A stretch of DNA of 64,000 nucleotides, taken from NCBI GenBank assembly GCA_015068165.1, contig SVKZ01000003.1, positions 936 through 64,935 on the forward strand, written 5' to 3'. The notes below the pieces were generated by a model. The model ran no database searches. It was not told where the DNA came from and saw nothing but the letters and a program-made list of their open reading frames with translations. The DNA comes from Oscillospiraceae bacterium (lineage in GTDB: Bacteria > Bacillota > Clostridia > Oscillospirales > Oscillospiraceae). Both the position numbers and the translations under genes were made by a program. This document shows, one piece after another, positions 26,440-35,998 of this stretch. Position 1 is the first letter of the stretch, and the number at the start of each line of letters is the position of its first letter.

Positions 26440-27468
26440 TTACCGCTGGATACGGCCGGAGCCGTCGCCGCCTGCCAGCTTCTCTACCTCAGCGACGGTA
26501 ACCATATTGTAGTCGCCTTCAATGGAGTGCTTCAGCGCGGAAGCGGCTACAGCAAACTCAACAGCTGCCTGGGTGTCCTTGCCGCTTAGCAGGGAGTAAA
26601 TCAGGCCGCCGCCAAAGCTGTCGCCACCGCCAACACGGTCAATGATGTGCAGGTCATACTTCTTGGAGAAGCAGTATTCGTTCTTTGCCACATTGTAGAG
26701 CATTGCGCTCCAGCCGTTGTCAAATGCGGAATGGCTCTCCCGGAGGGTGATGGCAACCATCTCAAAGCCAAACTTGTCGGCTAACTGTTTGGCAACGGAC
26801 TTGTAGCCCTCGTGGTTCAGACTGCCACCGTAAATGTCGGTAGCTTCTGCTTCAATGCCGAATACATCCTTTGCATCTTCTTCGTTGGAGATGCAAACGT
26901 CCACATATTGGCACAGCTCGGTCATAGCTTCCCGGGCTTCTGCACGGGTCCAGAGCTTGCCGCGGTAGTTTAAGTCGCAGGAGATCTTAATGCCGCGAGC
27001 CTTCGCTGCTTTACAAGCCTGCTTGCAGATTTCTACCAGCTCACCGCCCAGCGCGGGGGTAATACCGGTGAAATGGAACCACTGGGCGCCCTCGAAAATG
27101 GCATCCCAATCAAAATCGGAAGCAGATGCCTTAGCAATTGCGGAGTTTGCCCGGTCGTAAATGCAGACGGAGCCACGCTGAGAAGCGCCCTTCTCGTTAA
27201 AGTAGATGCCTACACGGTCGCCGCCGCGGACGATTTTGGAGGTATCTACACCGTAACGGCGCAGGGAGTTGACAGCGGCCTGGCCAATGGCGTGGGTGGG
27301 GAGCTTGGTAACATAAGCGGCATCCATACCGTAGTTCGCCAGAGACACGGCAACATTTGCTTCACCGCCGCCGAAGGTGAACTCTACGTGGTCGCACTGA
27401 ACAAAGCGCTCGTAGTTGTAGGGTTGCAGACGGAGCATCAGCTCGCCGAAAGTAATAATTTTAGCCAT
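26440..27468 (-). CDS. kdgK: 2-keto-3-deoxygluconate kinase (PfkB family)
   Basis: FGELMLRL, GGGEANVA, DRVGGGDSF motifs. Confidence 0.93.
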   Translation of the reverse strand: MAKIITFGELMLRLQPYNYERFVQCDHVEFTFGGGEANVAVSLANYGMDAAYVTKLPTHAIGQAAVNSLRRYGVDTSKIVRGGDRVGIYFNEKGASQRGSVCIYDRANSAIAKASASDFDWDAIFEGAQWFHFTGITPALGGELVEICKQACKAAKARGIKISCDLNYRGKLWTRAEAREAMTELCQYVDVCISNEEDAKDVFGIEAEATDIYGGSLNHEGYKSVAKQLADKFGFEMVAITLRESHSAFDNGWSAMLYNVAKNEYCFSKKYDLHIIDRVGGGDSFGGGLIYSLLSGKDTQAAVEFAVAASALKHSIEGDYNMVTVAEVEKLAGGDGSGRIQR

Positions 27469-27480
27469 AATTATTCTCCT

Positions 27481-27769
27481 TAACCGAAGCCGAGGGGAAT
27501 CGAACACCGACAGCCCCACAGCAGTTCTTGTATTTGTATTTTTCCTTATCTTCCTTGCCTTGCATCAGTAAGGCTGCGTCATCTGCGCAAAAATCCAAAG
27601 CAAAACTCCTTGCTGTGGGGTGCTGCGCAGTTTTGAGCCAGCGACTTTTCGTCAAGACAAGTAAAATCACGAAGGGAATATCCGCCCGATATTTTCGAGG
27701 GATTTTCCGCAGTATTGGCGGAAAGCTGCAGCTCAAAACCTATCGGGGTCCGACTCCCGTCGGCTTAAA
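27481..27769. repeat. ~290-bp palindromic (REP/MITE-like) element between eda and kdgK with tRNA T-arm-like inverted ends
   Basis: Imperfect IR 27487-27509 / 27743-27766; two long internal hairpins (CCCCACAGCA/TGCTGTGGGG; GTTTTGAGC/GCTCAAAAC). Confidence 0.65.
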
Positions 27770-28396
27770 TCAACCGAAAGCTGCCTGACGGGCTTCGGCG
27801 CACAGGGCGGTAATCTTCTCAAAATTGCCTGCGGCAATGTCGGCTTTGGGGCAGACCCAGCTGCCGCCCACAGCGTGGATAAAGGGAGAGTCAATGTACT
27901 CCCGGATGTTGGCGGCATTTACACCGCCGGTGGGCAGGAACTTGATGCCTACAAAGGGAGCAGCCAGGTTCTTCATTGCATTCAGACCGCCGTAAACATT
28001 AGAAGGGAAGAACTTAATGACCTTCAGACCAAATTTCAGGGCTGCGGTAATCTCGGTGGGGGTTACGCAGCCGGGAGTAACGGGGATGTTGTTTTCCACG
28101 CACCAGCCAACTACTTCTGCGTCAAAGCCGGGGGATACGATGAACTTTGCACCCATTTCCACGGCCTTCTTGCACTGCTCCAGAGTCAGGATGGTGCCTG
28201 CGCCTACCAGCATATCGGGGCAGTTTTCACTGACAGCACGGATGGCATCGGGGGCAGCTGCTGTGCGGAAGGTGATCTCCATAACATCAATACCGCCGGC
28301 AAGCATTGCGTTAGCAGTAGCAACAGCGTCTTTAGCATCATCCAAAACAACAACGGGAACAATACCTACCCGGGCAAATCTTTCAAGAACAGTCAT
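27770..28396 (-). CDS. eda: KDPG/KHG aldolase
   Basis: MEITFRT, GAGT, FIVSPG, PGCVTPTEI, KFFP, PTGGV motifs. Confidence 0.95.
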   Translation of the reverse strand: MTVLERFARVGIVPVVVLDDAKDAVATANAMLAGGIDVMEITFRTAAAPDAIRAVSENCPDMLVGAGTILTLEQCKKAVEMGAKFIVSPGFDAEVVGWCVENNIPVTPGCVTPTEITAALKFGLKVIKFFPSNVYGGLNAMKNLAAPFVGIKFLPTGGVNAANIREYIDSPFIHAVGGSWVCPKADIAAGNFEKITALCAEARQAAFG

Positions 28397-28409
28397 TTTC
28401 GGTTCCTCC

Positions 28410-29255
28410 TTACACGCCGGAGTAAGCAGCAAAGCCACAGTCGATGGGCAGAACCACACCGGTGATAGCGGAAGCAGCCTTATCGTCAGTCAGGAAGAAC
28501 AAACCGCCCAGCAGCTCGGCGGAATCTACAAAACGACCCATAGGTGTGCCATTCAGAATCTTTGCGGAACGAGCGGTGGGAGTGCCGTCTTCGTTAAACA
28601 GCAGAGCACGGTTCTGATTGGAAACCAGGAAGCCGGGAGCAATGGCGTTGCAGCGAATGCCGGTGCCGGCAAAGTGGGTAGCCAGCCACTGGGTAAAGTT
28701 GGAAATACCGGCCTTGGCAGCGGAGTAAGCAGGAATCTTGGTCAGGGGAATATAAGCGTTCATAGAGGAAATATTCATAATGTTGCCGGACTTCCGTGCC
28801 ACCATATCCTTAGCAAAGGTCTGGGTGGGAAGCAATGTGCCCTGGAAGTTCAGCTTGAAAACAAAGTCAACGCCGTTGGGATCCAGGTCAAAGAAGGACT
28901 TGCCGCCCTCTTTTGCCTTGTGCTGATACTCGTTGTCGGTGGTAGCCCGGGGATTGTTGCCGCCTGCGCCGTTAACCAGAATATCGCAGGGACCCAGGTC
29001 GCGCAGAACTGCCTGGTGGACTTCCTCCAGAGCTTCGGGGTCAAGCACATTTGCTTTGTAGCCGATGCAGGTAAAGCCTTCAGCGGTCAGTTCAGCGGCC
29101 AGCTTCAGAACAGCCTCTTCATTCAGATCCAGAGCGGCGACCTTAGCGCCTGCCTGGGCGTAAGCGCGAGCCATATCGCCGCACAGGACACCGCCTGCAC
29201 CTGTAATAACAACTACCTTGCCGGAAAAATCAACATTCAGGGGAAGATTCATCAT
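28410..29255 (-). CDS. uxuB: D-mannonate oxidoreductase (SDR family)
   Basis: TGAGGVLC, NGAGGN, YSAAK, NAIAPGF motifs; operon context. Confidence 0.88.
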   Translation of the reverse strand: MMNLPLNVDFSGKVVVITGAGGVLCGDMARAYAQAGAKVAALDLNEEAVLKLAAELTAEGFTCIGYKANVLDPEALEEVHQAVLRDLGPCDILVNGAGGNNPRATTDNEYQHKAKEGGKSFFDLDPNGVDFVFKLNFQGTLLPTQTFAKDMVARKSGNIMNISSMNAYIPLTKIPAYSAAKAGISNFTQWLATHFAGTGIRCNAIAPGFLVSNQNRALLFNEDGTPTARSAKILNGTPMGRFVDSAELLGGLFFLTDDKAASAITGVVLPIDCGFAAYSGV

Positions 29256-29288
29256 AATTTATTACCTCCAAATTATTATTACCGTTTC

Positions 29289-30377
29289 TTATTTGCCGGA
29301 AAGTCTGTCCAGCATATCCCAAACGCCCAGCATATACATAATGCCCAGTGCGCGGTCATACAGACCATAGCCGGGACGGACATTGCCGGGGCCTTCGTTC
29401 CACAGATGTCTGCCGTGGTCGGGACGGATATAGCCTTCAAAACCGCAGTCGTGGTAAGCCTTCAAAATTTCCAGAATGCCGGTGTCGCCGTCGCAATCCC
29501 GATGGGAGGCCTCGGAGAAGTCGCCGTTTTCAAAGTGCTTGACGTTGCGGATGTGGGCAAAGGCAATGCGGTCGCAATGCTTGCGGACAATATCTGCCAC
29601 ATTGTTATTGGGATCCGCGCCCAAAGAACCGGAGCAAAGGGTCAGACAGTTGCAGGGATGGTCAACCATTTTCAGGAACCGGTCAATGTTCTCCTCGTTA
29701 ATCAGCAAACGGGGAAGACCGAAGATGTCCCATGGGGGATCGTCCATATGGATGGCCATTTTAATGCCGCATTCCTCGCAAGTGGGCATAATGGCCTCCA
29801 AAAAGTACTTGAGGTTTGCCCACAGTTTTTCGTGGTCTACGCCTTCGTAAGCCTTGAACAGCTCGTCCAGCTTGGCCATACGCTCAGGCTCCCAGCCGGG
29901 GAAAGACATATTGTACTTTTCAGTAAAGTCCAGTATGTACTTTGCCATTGCGTTATAGTCATCCTGGATCATATTTTTTTCGTAGAACAGGGCGGTAGAA
30001 CCGTCGCCTACTTCGTGGAAGAGATTACTACGGGTCCAGTCAAAGATGGGCATAAAGTTATAGCAGATAACTTTTACACCAAACTTACTGAGATTGCGGA
30101 TGCACTGCTTGTAATTTTCAATGTACTTGTCCCGGGAGGGCAGACCGATTTTAATATCGTCGTGAACATTTACGGATTCTACTACGTCGATATTGAAGCC
30201 GTACTTGTCGCACTGCGCTTTTACCTCGGCAATTTCGGATTCCTCCCAAATTTCGCCGGGCATTTTGTGGTGCAGAGCCCAGACAATGCTTGTTACACCG
30301 GGGATCTGTTTGATGTCAGAAAGCGTGATTTTGTCGTTGCCTTCGCCATACCAGCGAAAACCCATTTGCATAGCCAT
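29289..30377 (-). CDS. uxuA: Mannonate dehydratase
   Basis: FRWYG, VVESV, CYNFMP, AIHMDDPP, RPDHG motifs. Confidence 0.95.
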   Translation of the reverse strand: MAMQMGFRWYGEGNDKITLSDIKQIPGVTSIVWALHHKMPGEIWEESEIAEVKAQCDKYGFNIDVVESVNVHDDIKIGLPSRDKYIENYKQCIRNLSKFGVKVICYNFMPIFDWTRSNLFHEVGDGSTALFYEKNMIQDDYNAMAKYILDFTEKYNMSFPGWEPERMAKLDELFKAYEGVDHEKLWANLKYFLEAIMPTCEECGIKMAIHMDDPPWDIFGLPRLLINEENIDRFLKMVDHPCNCLTLCSGSLGADPNNNVADIVRKHCDRIAFAHIRNVKHFENGDFSEASHRDCDGDTGILEILKAYHDCGFEGYIRPDHGRHLWNEGPGNVRPGYGLYDRALGIMYMLGVWDMLDRLSGK

Positions 30378-30387
30378 AGAAATCTCC

Positions 30388-31782
30388 TTAAATTTCAAAA
30401 TATCTTTTTGCGTTATTTCCGCAAATATCTTCGATTAACGAGCCTAAATAGGCAATATCCCGGGGATATTCGCCCTTTTCTACCCAGTTGCCAAACAGGT
30501 TGCACAGTATCCGGCGGAAATATTCGTGGCGGGCGTAGCTGAGCAAGCTCCGGGAGTCGGTGAGCATACCCACAAAGTTACCCAAAGTACCAAGATTGGC
30601 AAGGCTGATCATCTGATTTTCCATGCCTGTCTTGTTGTCGTTAAACCACCAAGCGGAACCGTGCTGAATTTTGCCGGGGATCTCATCGCTCTGATAAGCG
30701 CCGATGAGGGTGTCCAGCCAAGCATCGTCTGCGGGATTCAGACTGTAAAGAATGGTTTTGGGGAGATTGCCCTCTTTTTCCAGAGCATCCATCACACTGT
30801 GAAGCGCATCACAGCTTTGGGTTACGGCAATGCAGTCAAAACCGCTGTCCGGGCCGAGAGTAGCAAATTTCTGGGAATTGGGGTTGCGTTTACAGCTAAA
30901 GTGGAGCTGCATCACCCAGCCCAGGCGTGCATACTGTCTGCCACAGTGAAGCAGCAGAGAGGTTTGGTAGCTGTCGGCTTCCTCTTTGCTCAGCTTTTCG
31001 CCAGCCAACGCTTTCTGGAAAATGCCTTCCAGCATAGCAGGAGAGGTGGTTCGGAAGGGGACATAATCAAGACCGTGGTCCGCGGCCCGGCATCCATTTT
31101 GATCGAAATATTCAATCCGAGAGGTCAGGGCGTCGGCCACATCTTGGAAGCTGTGGAGCTTCTTGCCTACGGTGTTGCCTAATTTTTCAACATAGGCGGC
31201 AAAGCCTATCTTGTGGGCGTTTAAGGCCGGGTCAGGACGGAAGCTGGGGAGGACTTTTGTTTCAAAACCGTCTTTTGCCAGCAGTTGATGATAGAAAAGA
31301 TCACTGCAGGGGTCGTCGGTGGTGCCAATCATCGCTACGTTGCTCTGACGGATCAGTCCCCGGGCAGAAAAGCTGTCTTCCTGAAGCTTTTTTTCTGCCA
31401 GCTCCCAAACCTGCTGGGCGGTCTCGCCGTTTAACACGCCATCGTAACCAAAGAAATTCTTCAGCTCCAGATGACACCAGTGGTACATAGGATTGCCGAT
31501 GCAACGGGGAAGCGCCTCGGCAAATTTCTGAAATTTCTCCCGATCGGTAGCGGCACCGGTAATGTAATACTCGCTGACACCGTTGCTGCGCATTATCCGC
31601 CATTTGTAGTGGTCGCCCCCAAGCCAAACCTGGGTAATGTTTGCAAATCGGCGATCTTCATAAATATCCTTGGGATCAATATGGCAGTGGTAATCGTGGA
31701 TAGGCATTTTCTTCGCATAGGTGTGGTACAGCATTTGCGCTGTCTCAGTTTGCAGAAGAAAATTCTCAGTCAAAAAGGACAT
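30388..31782 (-). CDS. uxaC: Glucuronate (uronate) isomerase
   Basis: DYHCH, GDHYKWR, TTDDP, WWFND, GMLTDSRS, RHEYFRR motifs. Confidence 0.96.
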   Translation of the reverse strand: MSFLTENFLLQTETAQMLYHTYAKKMPIHDYHCHIDPKDIYEDRRFANITQVWLGGDHYKWRIMRSNGVSEYYITGAATDREKFQKFAEALPRCIGNPMYHWCHLELKNFFGYDGVLNGETAQQVWELAEKKLQEDSFSARGLIRQSNVAMIGTTDDPCSDLFYHQLLAKDGFETKVLPSFRPDPALNAHKIGFAAYVEKLGNTVGKKLHSFQDVADALTSRIEYFDQNGCRAADHGLDYVPFRTTSPAMLEGIFQKALAGEKLSKEEADSYQTSLLLHCGRQYARLGWVMQLHFSCKRNPNSQKFATLGPDSGFDCIAVTQSCDALHSVMDALEKEGNLPKTILYSLNPADDAWLDTLIGAYQSDEIPGKIQHGSAWWFNDNKTGMENQMISLANLGTLGNFVGMLTDSRSLLSYARHEYFRRILCNLFGNWVEKGEYPRDIAYLGSLIEDICGNNAKRYFEI

Positions 31783-31853
31783 AGTCTACCCCTCCTTTTC
31801 AAGATGAATTTAGTATATCGCAAAATAAACGCAATAAAAATTGTAATTATTGT

Positions 31854-31882
31854 TTGACGCATTGTAAATCTTGCGATATAAT
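31854..31882 (+). promoter_or_regulatory. SigA promoter of the AraC regulator
   Basis: TTGACG-N17-TATAAT. Confidence 0.75.
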
Positions 31883-31906
31883 AGGGGAAGAAAGGCGGTG
31901 ATCCCG

Positions 31907-32773
31907 ATGGCAGGGAAAATTCAACAGTTTGACTACCGGCAAAGCATGAAAAATAAGCAGTTTGAGGTGTTCCATTACCGGGAACGCAGACCCGGCAGTC
32001 TGGAGGTTCACCACCACGATTTTTTTGAGGTTTACTTTCTCCTTAGCGGAGAAGTCAGCTTTCGTGTAGAGGGCCGGACCTATACATTGCTTCCGGGGGA
32101 TATACTGCTCATTAACCCTCAGGAGCTCCATCAGGCGCTGATCGACCGGGACACCATCTATGAACGGATGGTGCTTTGGATCGACCGTGGCTATCTTGCA
32201 GAGCTGTCTGCCAGGGGGATGGATTTGGGGGCTTGTTTTGACGACCGTTTGCCAACCCATACTAACCGACTTCACCCCGGAAAAACACAGCGGGCAGAGA
32301 TGCAAAGCCTGTTGGAAAAGTTAGCAAGTGAGTTTTATGGAGAGGATTGGGGGAACAATCAGTATGCCGAGGGCCTGCTGATACAGTTTTTGGTGGAGGT
32401 CAATCGCCTTGCCCTTGCGGAGCAAAAAAAGCAGAGCAAAGAGGAAGAAACGGATTTTGTTGACCGGGTACTTTCCTATATTGCAAGCCACTATACAGAG
32501 GAGATTAATCTGGAACAATTAGCCGGTATATTCTATGTAAGCAAATATCACCTTTCCCATGAGTTTAGTAAGCGGGTAGGTACGGGTATTTATCGGTATA
32601 TTATGTTCCGGCGGCTGATGCACGCCAGAGAGCTTTTGGAGAATGGCGTACCTCCGGGGGAAGTTTATCAGCAGTGCGGATTTGGCGATTACGCTAATTT
32701 TTATCGGTCTTTTAAGTCCTTCTACGGCGTCAGCCCACGGGAATATACCCAGGGGGAAAGAGAAGAGGTATAG
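31907..32773 (+). CDS. AraC family transcriptional regulator (cupin + dual HTH), divergent from the uxaC operon
   Basis: HHHDFFE..HQ cupin; LEQLAGIFYVSKYHLSHEF; CGFGDYANFYRSFKSFYGVSPREY. Confidence 0.93.
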   Translation: MAGKIQQFDYRQSMKNKQFEVFHYRERRPGSLEVHHHDFFEVYFLLSGEVSFRVEGRTYTLLPGDILLINPQELHQALIDRDTIYERMVLWIDRGYLAELSARGMDLGACFDDRLPTHTNRLHPGKTQRAEMQSLLEKLASEFYGEDWGNNQYAEGLLIQFLVEVNRLALAEQKKQSKEEETDFVDRVLSYIASHYTEEINLEQLAGIFYVSKYHLSHEFSKRVGTGIYRYIMFRRLMHARELLENGVPPGEVYQQCGFGDYANFYRSFKSFYGVSPREYTQGEREEV

Positions 32774-32840
32774 TTTTACCTTCTTTTGGATAGAAATAGA
32801 AAGCAGATACCATTTTTTGGAACGAAAGAGGGAAGTTAAT

Positions 32841-33398
32841 ATGAAAAAAGGAATCATTCTTGCCGTGGTTGCCGTGGCTGCTGTGGCGCTGACCGTGCTG
32901 GCTGTAAGTACTATGAAGCCAGCCGAACCTACCGAGCCGACCCAGCCCACGGGCGCATTGGTGCTGACACCGCAGGTGGAGGAAAATACCATCGGCGCAA
33001 AGCAGTGGGCGGAATTTCAGCAGGCGGTAACGGAAAATAACAACGCAACCCCTGAGGAGATTGCCACGAAGCTGGCAGAAAGTACGGCGGATCTGTTCTT
33101 TGGAACATCGTCCCCTTTGGAGGAAAATGCGGAGTTTTTTGCCGGATTTGACAATTACCGGATCACCGGTTATCGCTCCGGCGCGGTGTATATGCCAATG
33201 ATCGGGTCAATTCCTTTTGTGGGTTATGTTTTTGAACTGGAGGATGGCACGGACCCGGCGGCGTTTTTGAAAAGCCTGACGGATAACTGCAATCCCAAGT
33301 GGAATATCTGCGTAGAGGCAGATCAGGTGGTAGCCGGTGCCATCGGCAATCGTGCGTTTTTCCTGATGTGTCCTAAGAGTATGGACGAAAACTCGTAA
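32841..33398 (+). CDS. Exported/membrane-anchored hypothetical protein heading the MBOAT operon
   Basis: MKK + hydrophobic leader, PTEPT linker; RBS; co-oriented with the MBOAT gene. Confidence 0.75.
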   Translation: MKKGIILAVVAVAAVALTVLAVSTMKPAEPTEPTQPTGALVLTPQVEENTIGAKQWAEFQQAVTENNNATPEEIATKLAESTADLFFGTSSPLEENAEFFAGFDNYRITGYRSGAVYMPMIGSIPFVGYVFELEDGTDPAAFLKSLTDNCNPKWNICVEADQVVAGAIGNRAFFLMCPKSMDENS

Positions 33399-33416
33399 GC
33401 GGAAAGGAGGCAGAAA

Positions 33417-34820
33417 ATGCTTTTTTCCAGTATTCCGTTTTTATTTTATTTTCTGCCGTTGGTGCTGATTTGCTACTTTATCCTGCCTTTTCGGTTAAAA
33501 AACGGCGTTTTATTGCTCTTTAGCCTGGTTTTTTATTTTTACGGCGAACCGGTTTATACCCTGCTGATGCTGGGGTCGACCCTGTCTGCCTATATCCACG
33601 GACTGCTGATTGATAAGTACCGGGGGACGAAGCTACAGAAGGTGTTTTTATGGTCATCTGTAAGCATAAGCCTGTTGGCATTGGGCTTTTTTAAGTATGC
33701 GGACTTCTTTATCGGCAATATCAATGAGCTTACCGGGAGCAATATCCCCCTTTTGAAGCTGGCGCTGCCAATCGGCATCAGCTTCTATACATTCCAGACC
33801 CTTAGCTATACCATTGATGTGTACCGGGGGGATGCTACACCGCAAAGAAGTTATGTACGGCTGGCGACCTATGTAACGCTGTTTCCACAGCTGATTGCTG
33901 GCCCTATTGTGCGATATACCACAGTAGAGGAAGAATTGAGCAAACGGCAGCACAGCTTTGAAAACTTTGCGGAGGGAATCCGCAGATTTGCCGTTGGTTT
34001 AGGAAAAAAGGTGCTGTTGGCAGATGTGCTGGGGGCAATGGCGCAGGCGCTGCACGCATCTCCCGACCCTTCGGTTGCCGGGTTTTGGCTTTATGCGGCG
34101 GCAGCGTCGCTGCAGCTGTATTTTGACTTTTCCGGCTACAGCGATATGGCAATCGGCCTTGGCAGAATTTTCGGTTTTCACTTTTTGGAGAACTTCAATT
34201 ATCCCTTCATTTCCAAAAGTGTGGCGGAATTTTGGCGGCGGTGGCATATCTCCCTGGGCTCCTGGTTTCGGGATTATGTGTATATCCCCCTGGGTGGCAA
34301 CCGGGTCAGTACCGCAAAATGGCTGCGAAACATCCTGTTTGTGTGGTTTTTGACCGGTTTTTGGCACGGGGCAGACTGGACCTTTATTATTTGGGGACTT
34401 TATTTTGCGGCCTTTTTGGTGCTGGAAAAATTCTGGTATAACCGGGTGTTTATTCACCTGCCCAAGGTGTTTTCTCACCTGTATGTAACGCTGGTGATTT
34501 TGGTAAGCTTTGTGATTTTCAGCGCAAACGGCGTGGGCGGTATGATTGCTGACTTAAAAGGAATGTTCTTCCTGGACGGCTTGCCCCTTTGGACAGGCGC
34601 AACCGGCTATTACCTGCGAAGCTACAGCGCGCCCCTGATTTTCGGCCTTTTGGGGGCAACACCCCTTGTAAAAATGGCGGTGGAGCGTCTGCGGGAGATG
34701 GGAAAATGCGGCCTTGTGGTAGACCTTTTGGAGCCTGTGTTTTTGGTGGCGATTTTACTGATTGCAACGGCATATTTTGTGGATGGGTCGTTCAGCCCCT
34801 TCCTGTATTTTAGGTTTTAA
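33417..34820 (+). CDS. MBOAT family O-acyltransferase (AlgI/PatA/DltB-like)
   Basis: LPIGISFYTFQ, PQLIAGPIVRY, YFDFSGYSDMA, FWRRWHISL, GFWHGA motifs. Confidence 0.95.
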   Translation: MLFSSIPFLFYFLPLVLICYFILPFRLKNGVLLLFSLVFYFYGEPVYTLLMLGSTLSAYIHGLLIDKYRGTKLQKVFLWSSVSISLLALGFFKYADFFIGNINELTGSNIPLLKLALPIGISFYTFQTLSYTIDVYRGDATPQRSYVRLATYVTLFPQLIAGPIVRYTTVEEELSKRQHSFENFAEGIRRFAVGLGKKVLLADVLGAMAQALHASPDPSVAGFWLYAAAASLQLYFDFSGYSDMAIGLGRIFGFHFLENFNYPFISKSVAEFWRRWHISLGSWFRDYVYIPLGGNRVSTAKWLRNILFVWFLTGFWHGADWTFIIWGLYFAAFLVLEKFWYNRVFIHLPKVFSHLYVTLVILVSFVIFSANGVGGMIADLKGMFFLDGLPLWTGATGYYLRSYSAPLIFGLLGATPLVKMAVERLREMGKCGLVVDLLEPVFLVAILLIATAYFVDGSFSPFLYFRF

Positions 34821-34822
34821 GT

Positions 34823-35917
34823 ATGAAAAAAGAAACGAAAAGCTATATGATAACCCTTGCGTATGTCTGCTTTACGGCATTTTTTGCGGTGTTGTGCCTG
34901 TGCGCGGCTTTCTCGCCCCGGGAGTATTCCGATGCGGAGCGCCGCCCTCTGGCGCAGCTTCCGGAGAAAATCACCTGGGCAGGGATAACGGATGGGTCGG
35001 TTATCGAAAAATTAGAGGATTTTTCTGTGGATCAGTTTCCTTTGCGGGAGACCTTTCGGGGAATAAAGGCGGCTTTCCAATGGAAGCTGCTGGGGCTGAA
35101 AGAAAATAACGGACTTGCCCTGCAGGACGGATATTTTGCCAAAATCACCCCGGAATTTACAGAAGGGTTGGTGCAAGGGTCGCTGCAGCGCCTTGCCTAT
35201 GTCTATGAAAAATACGCACAAGGTAATAGCTGGGTCTGCATCGTGCCGGATAAAAACTACTATTTGGGCAGGGATTACGGCTATGTAATGCCGGATTACG
35301 AGGGCTTAACCGAAGATGTCAAGGCGGCGCTGCCTGGGGCGGCGTATGTGGATATTTTTGAGGATTTGACACTGGAGAGCTATTACCGCACCGATACCCA
35401 CTGGCGGCAGGAAGCCATTTTGGATGCGGCGGCGAAGCTGTGCAAGGCGATGAAAATCCCGGTGGGGGAAAACTATACCCAGCATACCTTGGAGGGTTTC
35501 AAGGGTGTTTATTACGGGCAAAGCGCCCTGTCGCCGGAGCCGGATACGCTTACCTATTTGTCCAACAGTATGCTGGTCAACTGTACGGTTTATGACTACG
35601 AAACCGGGCAGACTACCGGTATTTACGACAGGGAAAAGTTCCACGGCAAGGACGGCTACGATGTGTTTTTGGGAGGCACAAAGGCGCTGCTGCGGATAGA
35701 TAATCCCACGGCAGAAACAGACCGGGAGCTGGTAGTATTCCGGGATTCCTTTGGGTCCAGTATGGTGCCCCTGTTGGTACAGGGATATAAAACCGTTTAT
35801 GTAGTGGATATCCGCTATGTCCATCCCAATGCCATCGCCCATTATGTGGATACCCAAGGAAAGGACACGTTGTTTTTGTACAGCGCCCTGATCCTGAACC
35901 AAAAGGCATTTAAGTGA
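34823..35917 (+). CDS. DHHW-family (AlgJ/AlgX/PatB-like SGNH) protein
   Basis: N-terminal anchor; YYRTDTHW; FRDSF; directly downstream of MBOAT. Confidence 0.85.
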   Translation: MKKETKSYMITLAYVCFTAFFAVLCLCAAFSPREYSDAERRPLAQLPEKITWAGITDGSVIEKLEDFSVDQFPLRETFRGIKAAFQWKLLGLKENNGLALQDGYFAKITPEFTEGLVQGSLQRLAYVYEKYAQGNSWVCIVPDKNYYLGRDYGYVMPDYEGLTEDVKAALPGAAYVDIFEDLTLESYYRTDTHWRQEAILDAAAKLCKAMKIPVGENYTQHTLEGFKGVYYGQSALSPEPDTLTYLSNSMLVNCTVYDYETGQTTGIYDREKFHGKDGYDVFLGGTKALLRIDNPTAETDRELVVFRDSFGSSMVPLLVQGYKTVYVVDIRYVHPNAIAHYVDTQGKDTLFLYSALILNQKAFK

Positions 35918-35998
35918 TAAAAACCGCATCTTACGATGCGGTTTTTATTGTTTTTCCGGAGAGAATGTGGTAGGATAGAGAAAAAAGGAGGGTATGCT

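Noticed and set aside
28017-30542. 841-aa plus-strand ORF
   Set aside because: Antisense shadow spanning eda, uxuB and uxuA, which have clear motifs and RBSs on the minus strand.
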